Shown here: positions 1 to 10,599 of the stretch, piece by piece
Layout of the letters: the number at the start of each line of letters is the position of its first letter
Numbering within the stretch: the stretch's first letter is position 1
Source: an uncultured Candidatus Rokubacteria bacterium
Lineage (GTDB): Bacteria > Methylomirabilota > Methylomirabilia > Rokubacteriales > CSP1-6
Direction: 5' to 3'
Length of the DNA stretch: 64,000 nucleotides
Assembly (NCBI GenBank): GCA_963771355.1
Contig: CAVYTA010000006.1
Coordinates: 1,152,001 to 1,216,000, forward strand
Notes under the pieces: generated by a model
Databases searched by the model: none
What the model saw: only the letters and a program-made list of their open reading frames with translations
What the model was told of the DNA's origin: nothing
Position numbers and translations under genes: made by a program

Positions 1-763
1 GCAGCACGAGGGCCCCCGCGTCCAGCCGGGCCAGGCCGGCCACCGGCGTGTGGCAGCTGGCGCCGAGGCGCGCCAGGAAGGCCCGCTCCGCCTCGGCCTG
101 CATCCGGGTCTCAGTGTGGTCCAGCGTCGCCAGAAGTTCAAGCAGCGGCCGCTCGCCCGCGCGGGCCTCCACGCCCAGGATGCCCTGGCCCACCGCCGGC
201 GGGAACGTGTCCATCGGCAGTGGACGGGCGCCCGGGGGCGCCACCCCGAGCCGCCGCAGCCCGGCCTGCGCCATCACCAGCGCGTCGTAGTCGCCCGCGT
301 CGAGCTTCCGCAGCCGCGTGTCGACGTTGCCCCGGATCGGCTCGGCGCGCAGATCGGGCCGGCACCGGAGGAGGAGCACGCGCCGCCGCAGGCTGGAGGT
401 GCCCACCACGCCGCCCGGAGGCAGGTCGGCGAGCCCCGCGCCCCCGCGCGCGACGAGCACGTCGGCGGGATCCTCGCGCGGCGGGTACGCGGCCAGGGTG
501 AGCCCGGCCGGCAGCAGCGCGGGCATGTCCTTGAGGCTGTGCACCCCCACGTCCACGCGGCGCTCGAACAGCGCCTCCTCGATCTCCTTCACGAAGAGCG
601 CCTTGCCCCCGAAGTCGGCGAGGGCGACCTGGGCGAGCTGATCGCCCGAGGTCCGGATGGGAACGATCTCCACCTCGGCGCCGTGCGCCCGGAGCACCGC
701 CGCCACCGTCTCCGCCTGGGCCAGCGCGAGGCGGCTGCCGCGCGTGCCGACGCGCACCTTCAT
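1..763 (-). CDS. hemC: Hydroxymethylbilane synthase (porphobilinogen deaminase), 3' end outside window
   Basis: Manual translation from ATG 763: MKVRVGTRGSRLALAQA..GKALFVKEIEEAL..VHSLKDMP..GTSSLRR..IRGNVDTRLRKL; start overlaps hemA stop (ATGA). Not in the ORF track because it runs off the edge. Confidence 0.95.
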   Translation of the reverse strand, partial: MKVRVGTRGSRLALAQAETVAAVLRAHGAEVEIVPIRTSGDQLAQVALADFGGKALFVKEIEEALFERRVDVGVHSLKDMPALLPAGLTLAAYPPREDPADVLVARGGAGLADLPPGGVVGTSSLRRRVLLLRCRPDLRAEPIRGNVDTRLRKLDAGDYDALVMAQAGLRRLGVAPPGARPLPMDTFPPAVGQGILGVEARAGERPLLELLATLDHTETRMQAEAERAFLARLGASCHTPVAGLARLDAGALVL

Positions 764-2052
764 CGGTCGTGCTCGCCCGTCGAGCGCCGGAGCCCGAAGA
801 TCTCCGACACCACCTCCGTCCACCGCCGTCCGTGGCCGTCGCGCGAGGAGTCGCGGAGCTTGACCACGGGGGCGTGCAGGACCTTGTTGACGATGGCCTG
901 GGAGAGCCCCTCCAGCACCGCGCGCGTCTCCGCGCTGGCGCCGGGCAGGCGCGCGAGCGCCTTGTCGAGCTCGCCCCGGCGGATGGCCTCGAGCTTCTCC
1001 TTCAGCGACACGATGGTCGGGACCACTTCGACCTCGTGGAGGCGGCGGAGGAAGCGCCCCACCTCGCCGTCCACCATGATCTCCGCGCGCCGGGCCTCGC
1101 GCTGACGCTCACGCCGGTTGGCCTCCACCACCTGCTCGAGATCGTCCACGTCATAGGCGAAGACCCCATCGAGCGTGTTGACCGCGGCCTCGACGTTGCG
1201 GGGCACGCCGAGGTCGATGATGAAGAGCGGCCGCGGGCGCCGCGCGGCGACGGCGGCCCGCACCTCGGTCACCCGCACCACCGGCTCGGGCGCGGCGGTG
1301 CAGGCGATCACGATGTCCACCTCCGCCATCACCGCCGCCGTCTGCTCGAATGGCACCGCGGTGCCCGCCAGGGCCGCCGCCAGCTCGCGGGCGCGGGCCA
1401 GCGTGCGGTTGGCGACGTAGAGCGGCATCGCGCCCGCCTCCATGAGGAGACGCGCGGCCAGCTCCGCCATCTCGCCCGCGCCCACCAGCAGCACCGCCTT
1501 GCCGTCCAGGCGGCCGAAGATCTTCCGCGCCAGCTCCACCGCGGTGGAGGAGACGGACACCGCGAAGCGGCCCACCTCCGTCTCCGTGCGCACGCGCTTG
1601 GCCACGCTGAAGGCCTGGCTCATGAGGGCATTGAGCACGGGGCCCACGGTGCGGCACGACTGCGCGAGCGCGAAGGCATCCTTCACCTGCCCCAGGATCT
1701 GCGGCTCGCCGATCACCAGCGAGTCCAGGCTCGCCGCCACCCGGAAGGCGTGACGCACCGCCGCCTCGCCGGTATGCGCGAAGAGGTGGGGCTCGATGGA
1801 CGCCAGCTCGACACCGCGATGCGCCCCCAGCTGGCGGAAGGCGGCCGCCCGCGCCTCGCCGGGCGCCTCCGCCACGCCGTAGACCTCCACCCGGTTGCAG
1901 GTGGAGAGGATCATGAGCTCCGCCGCGGTGCCCTGCGCGGCGAGCACGGCCACCACCTCGCGCAGCTTGTCCTCCTCGAGGGCGAGCTGCTCGCGCACCT
2001 CCACCGGCGCCGTCCGGTGGCTCATTCCCGCCACGAAGAGGGTCGGGGTCAC
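760..2052 (-). CDS. hemA: Glutamyl-tRNA reductase
   Basis: GMSHRTAPVEVRE, STCNRVE (catalytic Cys), SLDSLVIGEPQILGQVK, GAGEMA; GTG start overlaps ccsA stop (GTGA). Confidence 0.96.
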   Translation of the reverse strand: MTPTLFVAGMSHRTAPVEVREQLALEEDKLREVVAVLAAQGTAAELMILSTCNRVEVYGVAEAPGEARAAAFRQLGAHRGVELASIEPHLFAHTGEAAVRHAFRVAASLDSLVIGEPQILGQVKDAFALAQSCRTVGPVLNALMSQAFSVAKRVRTETEVGRFAVSVSSTAVELARKIFGRLDGKAVLLVGAGEMAELAARLLMEAGAMPLYVANRTLARARELAAALAGTAVPFEQTAAVMAEVDIVIACTAAPEPVVRVTEVRAAVAARRPRPLFIIDLGVPRNVEAAVNTLDGVFAYDVDDLEQVVEANRRERQREARRAEIMVDGEVGRFLRRLHEVEVVPTIVSLKEKLEAIRRGELDKALARLPGASAETRAVLEGLSQAIVNKVLHAPVVKLRDSSRDGHGRRWTEVVSEIFGLRRSTGEHDR

Positions 2053-2858
2053 GAGCCGTGGCGCCCCTGGAGCAGCACGCCCGCGCCCAGCGTGAGGAGG
2101 AGGGCGCAGAAGCCGGCGATGGCGAGGTAGGCGGCACGCCGCCCATGCCAGCGTCCGACCACCCGCCCGGCCAGGATGGCCGCGTACACCAGCCACATGA
2201 GGACGGAGAAGAGCGCGACCGGGTCGAAGGCGAGCACGCTCCCCCAGGCCGCGCCCGCCCAGAGCGCGCCCAGCAGGAGCCCGGCGGTGAGGAACGGGAA
2301 GCCCAGGGTCAGCGTGCGGTAGCTGAGGCGGTCCAGCGTCTCCAGCGCGGGCAGCCGGTAATAGATCGTCCCCGGGCGCTTCGCCTTGAGCTGGCGCTCC
2401 TGCAGGAGATACATCACCGCGCCCGCGAAGTTGAGTACGAGGGCGGCGAAGCCGAGCAGCGCCAGCGCGGCGTGAATCCAGATCCACGCGCTCCGGATCG
2501 TGGGCTCCAGGGCCAGCGCGCGGAGGCCGGTGGGCAGCGCCAGTCCCAGCCCCACGATCACCGGGAGCACGAAGGCGCCCAGCACCTTGACGCGATACAC
2601 GCGCTCCGCCCAGAGCTCGAAGAGCACCGCGCCCCAGATCACCACCGAGACCAGCTCCGACAACGTGAGCAGCGGCAGCCGCCCCAGCTCGGCGCCGCGC
2701 ACGCCGATGGCGAGGGTGTGGAAGAGCCAGCCCGCCTGGGTGAACAGGAGCGCCAGGCGCCAGAGGCCCTCGCGCCGTCCCAGGAGGTGGCCGAGCGCGG
2801 CCACCATCGCCACGATGTAGGCGGTGAGCGCGATGTCGTAGAGGACGGCGTTGATCAC
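2049..2858 (-). CDS. ccsA: Cytochrome c assembly protein family (CcsA/HemX-like) membrane protein
   Basis: About 8 hydrophobic segments, WIWIH, LQERQLK..RLPALETLD, GALWA..AWG; typical position upstream of hemA. Confidence 0.85.
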   Translation of the reverse strand: MINAVLYDIALTAYIVAMVAALGHLLGRREGLWRLALLFTQAGWLFHTLAIGVRGAELGRLPLLTLSELVSVVIWGAVLFELWAERVYRVKVLGAFVLPVIVGLGLALPTGLRALALEPTIRSAWIWIHAALALLGFAALVLNFAGAVMYLLQERQLKAKRPGTIYYRLPALETLDRLSYRTLTLGFPFLTAGLLLGALWAGAAWGSVLAFDPVALFSVLMWLVYAAILAGRVVGRWHGRRAAYLAIAGFCALLLTLGAGVLLQGRHGS

Positions 2859-2883
2859 GGGTCACCGCGCCCCGGCCCCGCCC

Positions 2884-3750
2884 TCACGGGGCGGCGGTGA
2901 GATGGGCGAGCGAGGGCGTGCCGCGCCAGTACCCCTCGCGGGCCGCGTGAATGTCCAGATGCGGCGAGCTCCAGTCCTCCACCAGCGGCGACCCCGCATT
3001 CCAGCGCTGGCGCCGGTCCACGCCCTTGAGATAGCCGTGGCAGGACCGGCAGGCCTCGATGAAGTAGCCCTCGTCCACGCCTTCACCCAGGAGTCGCACC
3101 AGGTCGCGGGACTCCCAGCTCTCGCAGAACGGGCAACGGAGGCGGGGTGCGATCCAGGCGCCGCCGCAGAGATGACAGGAGAGCCGGCGGCGTCCGTCCT
3201 CGACGAGGTCCCCGTAGCCGGGCATGCCGCCGCACCAGGGGCAGACGCCCGGGGTCCAGATACCGTCCGGCAGCTCGCGCGTGGCCGCGAAGTGCTGCTC
3301 GAGCCCGGGCCGGAGCCCCGCGAGGGCGAGGAATGACACGAAGGTGGCGCCGAGCCCGAGGCGCTCGTCGCGCGTGGCCGCGCCGTCCTTGCCCGCGACG
3401 GGCATGAGGTCGCGCGGCCCCACTGCGCCCCCATCCCAGGCCGCCGCGAAGCGCTGGAGCGACTCCGCCGCGTCTCCGCCCAGCCCCGCGAGCTGCTCCA
3501 TCACCGGCCCCACCAGCTCCTCGACCTGATCGCGTGGCAGCTCGGGATCCGCCTCCGCGGCCAGCGGCACCCCGCGCTCCCAGCGCTCGCGGCACTCGAG
3601 CGGCGACCACCGGAGGGGAGGCACCGACTCCTCGGGCCAGCGGCTCCACCCCTCCAGCACCACGGTCCAGAAACCCAGGGAGCTCGCGAGACCCTTGCGG
3701 CGGCCGAGCGCCTCCTCCCACTCACGTCCGAGCGCGGCGTGATCGATCAT
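2884..3750 (-). CDS. fdhE: Formate dehydrogenase maturation protein FdhE
   Basis: CPWCG, CHLC, RLRCPFC, CRSCHGYLK cysteine pairs; FDH operon context. Confidence 0.88.
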   Translation of the reverse strand: MIDHAALGREWEEALGRRKGLASSLGFWTVVLEGWSRWPEESVPPLRWSPLECRERWERGVPLAAEADPELPRDQVEELVGPVMEQLAGLGGDAAESLQRFAAAWDGGAVGPRDLMPVAGKDGAATRDERLGLGATFVSFLALAGLRPGLEQHFAATRELPDGIWTPGVCPWCGGMPGYGDLVEDGRRRLSCHLCGGAWIAPRLRCPFCESWESRDLVRLLGEGVDEGYFIEACRSCHGYLKGVDRRQRWNAGSPLVEDWSSPHLDIHAAREGYWRGTPSLAHLTAAP

Positions 3751-3753
3751 GGA

Positions 3754-4515
3754 TCAGGCGCCGGGCGCGTCGAGGGCCAGCGCCTCGCCCGCGTAGAGGT
3801 TGAGGCTCTCCGGACGGAGATATCCCACCACGGTGATGCCGAGCTGCTCGGCCAGGCCCACCGCCATCTCGGTGGGCGAGGTGCGCGACGCCACCAGGGG
3901 CACGCCCATCCGCGCGGCCTTGAGAAGCATCTCGGAGGAGACCCGGCCGGTGGAGAGCAGGATGCGGTCGGTGGTCTCGAGCCCGCGCTGCAGCGCCTCG
4001 CCCTTGAGCTTGTCCACGGCATTGTGCCGGCCCACATCCTCGGCGAGGAGGAGGATCCGGTCAGGATCGGCCAGCGCGGCGCCGTGGATACCGCGCGAAG
4101 CCTGGTAGTGGACGCACCCAGAAAACAAGTCTTTCATCCGGGCACTTAGGTCGGCAGGCCTGACACGGAGCTTGGAGTCGAGTCGGCTGAAGAGCCGCGG
4201 GTCGATCCGGAAGGTGATGCCGCCTCCGCAGCCGGAGGTGAGGATACGCTCGGTGGGAAGGCTCACGGGCCCACTCAAGGTGACGTCGGCCCGTCCATCC
4301 ACTTCCGAGACCGTGAGCGCGGTGACATCCTCCAGGCTCCCGATGACCTTTTCCATCCACAGATAACCCAGGACCAGGGACTCGAGTTGCATGGGCGAGC
4401 AGAGGAGGGTGAGAAACCGGTCACCGTTCACGTACACCGTGAGCGGCTGCTCCCGGACCACCGAGCCCTTGACCTCTTCCACGCGGCCGCGCTTCACCTC
4501 GAAGAAGGTCCTCAT
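3754..4515 (-). CDS. fdhD: Formate dehydrogenase accessory sulfurtransferase FdhD
   Basis: TSGCGG, EDVGRHNAVDKLKG, STGRVSSEMLLKAAR, SRTSPT. Confidence 0.95.
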   Translation of the reverse strand: MRTFFEVKRGRVEEVKGSVVREQPLTVYVNGDRFLTLLCSPMQLESLVLGYLWMEKVIGSLEDVTALTVSEVDGRADVTLSGPVSLPTERILTSGCGGGITFRIDPRLFSRLDSKLRVRPADLSARMKDLFSGCVHYQASRGIHGAALADPDRILLLAEDVGRHNAVDKLKGEALQRGLETTDRILLSTGRVSSEMLLKAARMGVPLVASRTSPTEMAVGLAEQLGITVVGYLRPESLNLYAGEALALDAPGA

Positions 4516-4536
4516 CGGGGGCTCCTCATGGCCACC

Positions 4537-4565
4537 AGCCTACGGCGGGGGCGTCCCCTAAGCAA
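4537..4565 (-). promoter_or_regulatory. Putative sigma70 promoter for fdhD-fdhE-ccsA-hemA-hemC
   Basis: TTGCTT (4565-4560) - 17 nt - TAGGCT (4542-4537), followed by GAGGAG and ATG 4515. Confidence 0.5.
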
Positions 4566-4592
4566 GAAACCCCCCGGCGGAGGGCCGGGGGG
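4564..4592 (-). terminator. Intrinsic terminator after the FDH structural genes
   Basis: CCCCCCGG-CCCTCCG-CCGGGGGG hairpin followed by TTTCTT. Confidence 0.65.
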
Positions 4593-4626
4593 CATCCGAT
4601 CGCGACGTGTCGAGAGCCGGGGGGGC

Positions 4627-5456
4627 TCAGGCTCGGGCCATCACGATGACGTAGCGGAGGATGAAGCCGCCGACGAGGACGAGGACCGCGGCCAGGCCGC
4701 CCAGGACCTTGACGCGTCCTCCCACCAGATCCAGCAGCAAGCGGGAGCACGAGACCGGCGGCGACCAGTCCGCCCCAGAACAGCGGCGCGAACGTGCCCG
4801 AGGTGATGGGGGCGGCCGCCGAGCCCAGCAGCCCCAGGAAGGCGGCGAGGAGCACCAGCTCGAGGACCATCGCGAATCGGTCGGCGTGCTTGACCTTCCG
4901 GTACCCGACCCCGCCGGACTCGCCGGAGAGGAAGAGGAGCAGGGAGATCGCGGCCATGCCGGTGGACGCGCCGGAGGCGAGGAACAGCGCCCCCATCAGC
5001 CGCGCCTCGCTCCAGAAGGGCTGCGCGCGTGGCGCTCAGCAGCACGCCGGTATAGCTGGCGAGGAAGAACCCGAAGATGGTGCCCAGCAGGCTGAGCTTG
5101 CGACGGAGCGGCGCGCGCGCCTCGCCGCCCACCCAGGCCAGGGCAGCGGAGAGGAACGCGAAGAGCCCGAAGACCCCGAGCATCCAGGCGCCGATGGACA
5201 TGGGGTCCCAGAACTTGAACGCGCCCATCATGTTCATGAAGCGACTGGGAGTGCCGAGGTCGAGGATGAGCAAGATCCCGCACAGGCCGATGAGCAGCAG
5301 CGCCAGGGTATAGCCGATGCGGAACACGCCGCGATCGCGATCGCTGCCGAAGTTGTCGGCGATGGCGGCGGTGAAGTACGCGCCGCCGGCGATGCCGCCG
5401 ATGAAGAAGTACCAGACGATGAGGAGATGCCAGTCCGGCGTCTTAACGATCTCCAT
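4627..5456 (-). CDS. NrfD/PsrC-family membrane anchor of formate dehydrogenase (two +1 frameshifts, near 5028 and 4742)
   Basis: N-term WHLLIVWYFFIGGIAGG, LILDLG.PSRF, PMSIGAW, YTGVLLSAT; frame 2 QPFWSEARLMGALFLASGASTG; frame 3 GGFILRYVIVMA. Span 830 = 3n+2. Confidence 0.85.
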
Positions 5457-6228
5457 CGCCGCCCTCCCTTCCGCCGCGGTCGCGGAAGGCCATGACCGCG
5501 CCCACCCCGACGAGCAGCGCCGAGCCCACCGACAGGAGCGAGTCCACGAGGACGTTCCGCTGGGGCAGGAGCGGCTTCTCCGGGAGGTGGTAGGTGGACG
5601 GCGTGTCCAGGAGCAGGAAGAAGGCATTGAGCCCGCCGAGCGGGCCGTTGCTGTCGGCGCCGTAGAGCTGGGCGCCCGTGTAGCCCATCTCCTTGAGCTT
5701 CGCCAGGCGCTTCTCGGCCTTGGGCACCAGCTCGTCGCGGAACCCGAACTGGATGGACTCGGTGGGGCAGGTCTTGGCGCAGGCGGGGCCGAGCCCGTTG
5801 TGGATGCGGTCGTCGCAGAAGGTGCACTTGTTGGCGCGCCCGGTGTCGTGGTTGAAGGACACCACGCCGAACGGGCAGGAGCTCACGCAGTACCGGCAGC
5901 CGTTGCAGAGGTCCTGGTTGATGTTGACGGTGCCGAACTCGGTGCGGTAGATGGCGCCGGTGGGGCAGGCGTCGAGGCAGCCCGCCTGGGCGCAGTGCTT
6001 GCAGACATCCGACATGAGGAGCCACTGGAGCTGGCCGTCGGGCTTCGGCTTCTCGATGAAGCGCACGAGACGGTAGGTCTTGTCGGTGAAGTGAGACTGG
6101 TTCTGATAGCCGCCCGTCCACTCCGGCTGCTCGAGCGGCAGCTCGTTCCACTGCTTGCACGCCACCTGGCAGGCCCGGCAGCCGATGCAGAGCGACGTGT
6201 CCGTGAACATCGCGAGTGTGCGCGCCAT
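5443..6228 (-). CDS. fdnH: Formate dehydrogenase iron-sulfur (beta) subunit, FdnH-like, with C-terminal TM helix
   Basis: CIGCRACQVACK, CKHCAQAGCLDACP, CNGCRYCVSSCP, KCTFC..PACAKTCP; hydrophobic C-terminus. Confidence 0.9.
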   Translation of the reverse strand: MARTLAMFTDTSLCIGCRACQVACKQWNELPLEQPEWTGGYQNQSHFTDKTYRLVRFIEKPKPDGQLQWLLMSDVCKHCAQAGCLDACPTGAIYRTEFGTVNINQDLCNGCRYCVSSCPFGVVSFNHDTGRANKCTFCDDRIHNGLGPACAKTCPTESIQFGFRDELVPKAEKRLAKLKEMGYTGAQLYGADSNGPLGGLNAFFLLLDTPSTYHLPEKPLLPQRNVLVDSLLSVGSALLVGVGAVMAFRDRGGREGGDGDR

Positions 6229-6230
6229 GG

Positions 6231-9200
6231 CTAGACCACCCCCTTCTTGACGTTGCAGACGAAGGCTTTGGTCTCCTGAATGTAGACGGTGGGGTCGGCC
6301 ACGGTCGCCGACAGGTCGTTGGTGATGTCGCCCTTGCTGCCCGGCAGGGCGTCGATGCCGTTATAGCCCCAGTGCCAGGGCACCCCGATCTGATGCACCT
6401 TCTTGCCGTCGATCAGGAAGGGCTTGAGCCGGTGCGTGACCATGGCGGTGACGTGCACCTTGCCGCGCGGGCTCGACACCGTGACCTTCTCGCCGTTGGT
6501 GATGCCGAGCTCCGCGGCCAGCTCGTGGCTGATCTCCGCGAAGTGGGAATGGAACAGCTCCGCCAGCATGGGCAGGTAGCGCGACATCACGCCGGACAGA
6601 TGATGCTCGGTGAGCCGGTAGGTGGTGATGACGTACGGGTAGTCGGGGGAGCCCACCGGCGCCAGGTTGTTCTGCTGGTCCGGCACGTCCCAGATCTTCA
6701 CCACCGGGTTGTTCTGCTGCTTCGAGAGCAGGTTCTTGGTGGGCGACTCCACCGGCTCGTAGTGCTCGGGGAATGGCCCGTCGTTGAGCGGGCCGAAGAA
6801 GGCGCCCACCAGATCGGCCCGCATGATGAACGGCTTGTCCCCGTTCTTGGCGTCCGGGGCCAGGAAGGCGTTGAAGTCCGGCACGTCGAGGCCCACCCAC
6901 TTGCCCTTCTCTTCCGGCTTCGCGCCGGGGGCCTCGGGATCCCACCAGATGAGCTTCTTCCGCTCGCTCCAGGGCTTGCCCTGGAGATCGGCGGACGCGC
7001 GATTGTAGAGAATGCGCCGGTTGGCCGGCCACGCGAAGCCCCAGCCGTGCGCGAGGTAATCCTTCTCGTCGGCGGGCTTCCGCGCATTGGCCTTGTTGAC
7101 GAGCTTGCCGTCCGGCCCTTCCACGGTGACGCCGGTATAGATCCAGCAGCCGCCGGCGGTCTTGCCGTCGTCGGTCATGTGGGCGAAGGAGTTGAGCGCC
7201 TGGCCCTTCTTGTAGACCACCTTGCCGTCCTTGTCGGTGATCTCCTCGGTGGCGAAGCCGTTGATCTCCTTCAGGACCAGCTCCATGTTGGGCTCTTTGG
7301 GATCGGTCGCCGAACTCGAAGCTCGCGGCGAGGAAGCCCTTGTCCCGCTCCTTCTGGGAGCCCGCGTACATCTTCTGCAGCCGCTTGGCCAGGCTCACGA
7401 AGAACTCGGCGTCGGAGGTGACGTCGCCGGGCGGGTTCACCGCCTTCTCGTGCCACTGGATGAGCCGCATGGTGTTGGTGAGCGAGCCGTCCTTCTCGGC
7501 GGCGGGCGCGGCGGGGAGGAAGAACACCTCGGTCTTGATGTCCTTGGCGCTGGCGCCGGGCGCCTTCCAGAACTCCGCCGTCTCGGTGATGAAGATGTCC
7601 TTCACCACCAGCCAGTCGAGCTTGCCCATGGCGGCGCGGGCCAGCTTGGCGTTGGGCCCGCCCACCGCCGGGTTCTGCCCGTCGGCGAGGAAGCCCCTGA
7701 TCTTGCCCTTGTACATGTCCACGAAGATGTGTTGATGGCTGTAGGCGTCCGCGGAGGCGCGCTTGGGCAGCCACTGATAGCCGAACTCGTTGTCCTTGGT
7801 GGCGGCGTCCCCGTAGAACGCCTTGAGGAGGCTCACCATGAACTTGGGGAGGTTCACCCAGAATCCGCCCTTGGGCGTCACCTTCTCGAGATAGGTCTTG
7901 AGGTCCGGATGCAGATCCCGGAGCGGCATGGCGAGATAGCCCGGGAGCTCGTGGTAGAGCAGCTCCAGGTCAGTGGCTCCCTGCACGTTGGCATGCCCGC
8001 GCAGGGCCACCACGCCGCCGCCCGGCCGCCCGATATTGCCGAGGAGGATCTGCAGCATGCACAGCGCCCGGATGTTCTGCACGCCGTTGGTGTGCTGGGT
8101 GAGGTTCAGCGCGTAGGTGATGCTGCCGGTCTTCTCCGGGCCGCTGTTCTCGCAGTAGAGCTTGGCGACCTGGACGAACTTGTCCTGGGGGATGCCGCAG
8201 ATGCGCTCCACCATCTCCGGCGTGTACCGGCTGTAGTGCCGCTTCATGAGCTGGAAGACGGAGTTGGGATCCTTGAGGGTGAGGTCGCGCTTGGGGTTCC
8301 CCTCCCCGTCGAGCTGATATTTCCAGCTGTCCCGCTTGTACGTCTGGGCGACGTGGGGGTCGTTGCCGCCCTTGCCGGTCTGCTCGAGGCCGGTGAAGAG
8401 CCCGGCCCCGTCGGTGGCGGTCTTGAAGGCAGGGTCGATGAGGAAGGACGCGTTGGTGTAATGGGTGACGTAGTCCTTGAAGTAGAGATTGTTCTGGATG
8501 GCGTAGCTGATGAGCCCGCCGAAGAACGCGATATTGGTGCCGGAGCGCAGCGGCACGTGGATGTCGGCCACCGAGCTGGTGCGAGTGAAGCGCGGGTCGA
8601 CGTGGATGAACTTCGCACCACGCTCCTTGGCCTTCATCACCCACTGGAAGCCGACGGGATGGTTCTCGGCGAAGTTGCTGGTGGCCATGATGACGTCCGA
8701 GTGCTGGATGTCGATCAGGTTGGTCGTCATCGCCCCCCGCCCGAACGTGGTCCCCAAAGCTGGGACCGTGGCGGAGTGTCAGACTCGGGCTTGATGCTCG
8801 TGGTAGACGATGCCGAAGGTGCGGTTCAGCTTGGAGAGGAGGTAGCACTCCTCGTTGTCGATGCAGGCCGAGCCCAGGGAGGCGATGGCATCGAGGCGGT
8901 TGACCACCACCTCCTTGCCGTCCTTGTCCTTCTCACGCTCGATGAAGTGCTTCTCGCGCACCTCGTAGTAGCGCTTGGCGATCTCGTCGTACATCCAGGC
9001 CAGCGGCTTCTCCTCCCACTTGTCGGACCCCGGCGCGCGGTACAGCGCCTTGGTGGGCCGCAGCGGGTTGTTGGAGAGCTGAATGGTCGCCGCGCCCTTC
9101 GGGCACAGCCGCCCCAGCGTATGCGGCGTGTCCGGATGCCCCTCGATGTCGATGATCTTGTCGCCCTTCGAGTACACGAGCTGGATACAGCCCACCGCGC

Positions 9201-9357
9201 AATAGGGACAGACCCCGGGATGCACCTTCGCTTCCTTGATCCGAAGCGACGTCGCGGCGGCGGCCACCGGCTGGAGGTCGAGCGTGCCGGTGCCGACGGC
9301 GACGGCGGTCCCGGTGCTTCCCGCATACTTGAGGAAGTCCCGTCGTGAAAGAGTCAT
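6231..9357 (-). CDS. fdnG: Formate dehydrogenase-N-type alpha subunit, selenocysteine-containing, Tat signal (Sec UGA at 8781-8779; one +1 frameshift near 7305)
   Basis: SRRDFLK, CPYCAVGC, LCPKG, EHQARV-UGA-HSATVPALGTTFGRGAMT, ALRGHANVQGATD, RRILYNRASAD, GPFPEHYEP, TTYRLTEH, PWHWG; three ORF-track pieces join; span 3127 = 3n+1; GAGGAG SD. Confidence 0.93.
8732..8781 (-). promoter_or_regulatory. Sec UGA codon with downstream SECIS hairpin
   Basis: UGA, 11 nt, then GGUCCC-AGCUUUG-GGGACC (8767-8749); a lower stem CUCCGCC/GGCGGGG is possible. Confidence 0.85.
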
Positions 9358-9455
9358 GGCACCTCTCCTCGTTGAGTGTGGGATGGCTCCGCTGCCGGGC
9401 ATGCGGGGCACTGCGAGGGGCCCTGGGTGGTGGGAGCAAGCATTTGGGCTGGAGG

Positions 9456-9486
9456 ATTGTATGGTCAGACCACCCTTGGTCGTCAA
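9456..9486 (-). promoter_or_regulatory. Putative fdnG promoter with FadR/GntR-type operator
   Basis: TTGACG (9486-9481) - 19 nt - TACAAT (9461-9456); palindrome TGGTCAGACCA (9462-9472) in the spacer. Confidence 0.65.
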
Positions 9487-9519
9487 GGTTATCGGCGTTA
9501 TAGAGACTGACGCTCTGCG

Positions 9520-9822
9520 TTAGGCATCCTCCCGCCCCAGGTGGGCGCGATCCCTCATATACGCGTCGTACCGAGCCTTGATCAGAACCTGGGCCTGGGC
9601 GATCTCGCCGGCTTCCAGCGCGCCGACGATCGCCTTCTGTAGCGGCGGGTCGACGATCCCGCCGCCCAGCACCGGATCGTAGTAGCGCCCGAGCTCGAGG
9701 AGGAGGCGCTTCACCCGCGGGATATCGTCCAGGTGCTCCTCGAGCTCGTGGATGAGGGTCAGGGCATGGTCCTCGCGCTTGCGCCGGCGGAAGCCCTTGT
9801 CCGGCGGCGGCGTCTCCGTCAT
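9520..9822 (-). CDS. Hypothetical protein (100 aa)
   Basis: ATG overlaps truA stop (ATGA); normal composition [31 protein letters not shown]. Confidence 0.7.
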   Translation of the reverse strand: MTETPPPDKGFRRRKREDHALTLIHELEEHLDDIPRVKRLLLELGRYYDPVLGGGIVDPPLQKAIVGALEAGEIAQAQVLIKARYDAYMRDRAHLGREDA

Positions 9823-10583
9823 CGGCCGTCGACCCCGTAGAGCACGCGGACCAGAAAGAGGCCCTGGGGGGGCGCGGTGGGGCCGGCTCTCCGACGGTCG
9901 CGACCCTCCAGGAGCTCGGCGATCCAGCCGGGCGCGCGGGCGCCGCGACCGACCTCCACCAGGCTTCCCACGATGTTCCGAACCATGTGGTGGAGGAAGC
10001 TGTCGGCGGAGATGAGCACGGCGAGCCGGTCGCGCCGGGTCAGCACCCGCGCCGAGCGCACGGTGCACGTGGGCGAGCGATCCCGACCCGCCGCCGCGCA
10101 GAAGGCCGTGAAGTCGTGCTTGCCCCGGAGGAGGTGGAGACCCTGCCCCATCGCGGCGGCATCGAGCGGGCGCGGGAGATGCCAGGCGTGACGGCGGAGG
10201 AACGGATCGGCGGTGGCCGCCCGGTCGATCACGTAGAGGTACCGCTTGCCCAGCGCCGAGCGCCGGGCGTCGAAGCCCGCGGGCGCCGGCCGCGCGTCCG
10301 TCACCCGCACCTGCGCCGGCAGCAGGGCGTTCAGCGCGCGGCGCAGCGCCTCCGGCGTCATTCCCGTATCGAGGCTGAGGCTTGCCACCTGGCGGAGGGC
10401 GTGCACGCCGGCGTCGGTGCGGCTGGCGCCCGTGACCTTGGGCGACGCCCCCTCGGGCACCGCCCCCACCAGGCGCGCGCAGGCGTTGATCAGCAAACCC
10501 TGCACGCTGACCTGGTCCGGCTGATACTGCCAGCCGTGGAGGTCGGTGCCGTCGTACGCGAGCGTGAGCCGGAAGGTCGCCGT
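9819..10583 (-). CDS. truA: tRNA pseudouridine(38-40) synthase, apparent ACG start
   Basis: [42 protein letters not shown]. Conserved N-term [17 protein letters not shown] lies upstream of the ORF-track GTG, in frame to ACG at 10583. Confidence 0.92.
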   Translation of the reverse strand, partial: TATFRLTLAYDGTDLHGWQYQPDQVSVQGLLINACARLVGAVPEGASPKVTGASRTDAGVHALRQVASLSLDTGMTPEALRRALNALLPAQVRVTDARPAPAGFDARRSALGKRYLYVIDRAATADPFLRRHAWHLPRPLDAAAMGQGLHLLRGKHDFTAFCAAAGRDRSPTCTVRSARVLTRRDRLAVLISADSFLHHMVRNIVGSLVEVGRGARAPGWIAELLEGRDRRRAGPTAPPQGLFLVRVLYGVDGR

Positions 10584-10599
10584 GCCTGGTCCCCGCGGG

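Noticed and set aside
760..2865. Apparent long N-terminal fusions on hemA, psd, pssA, pdxT, GNAT and tag in the ORF track
   Set aside because: The extensions are out-of-frame reads of upstream genes; internal starts overlap upstream stops or have SD sequences.
8779..8781. TGA as a true stop giving a separate 235-aa protein or an fdnG pseudogene
   Set aside because: It falls at the conserved Sec/Cys ligand position, the frame continues, and a SECIS-like hairpin follows.
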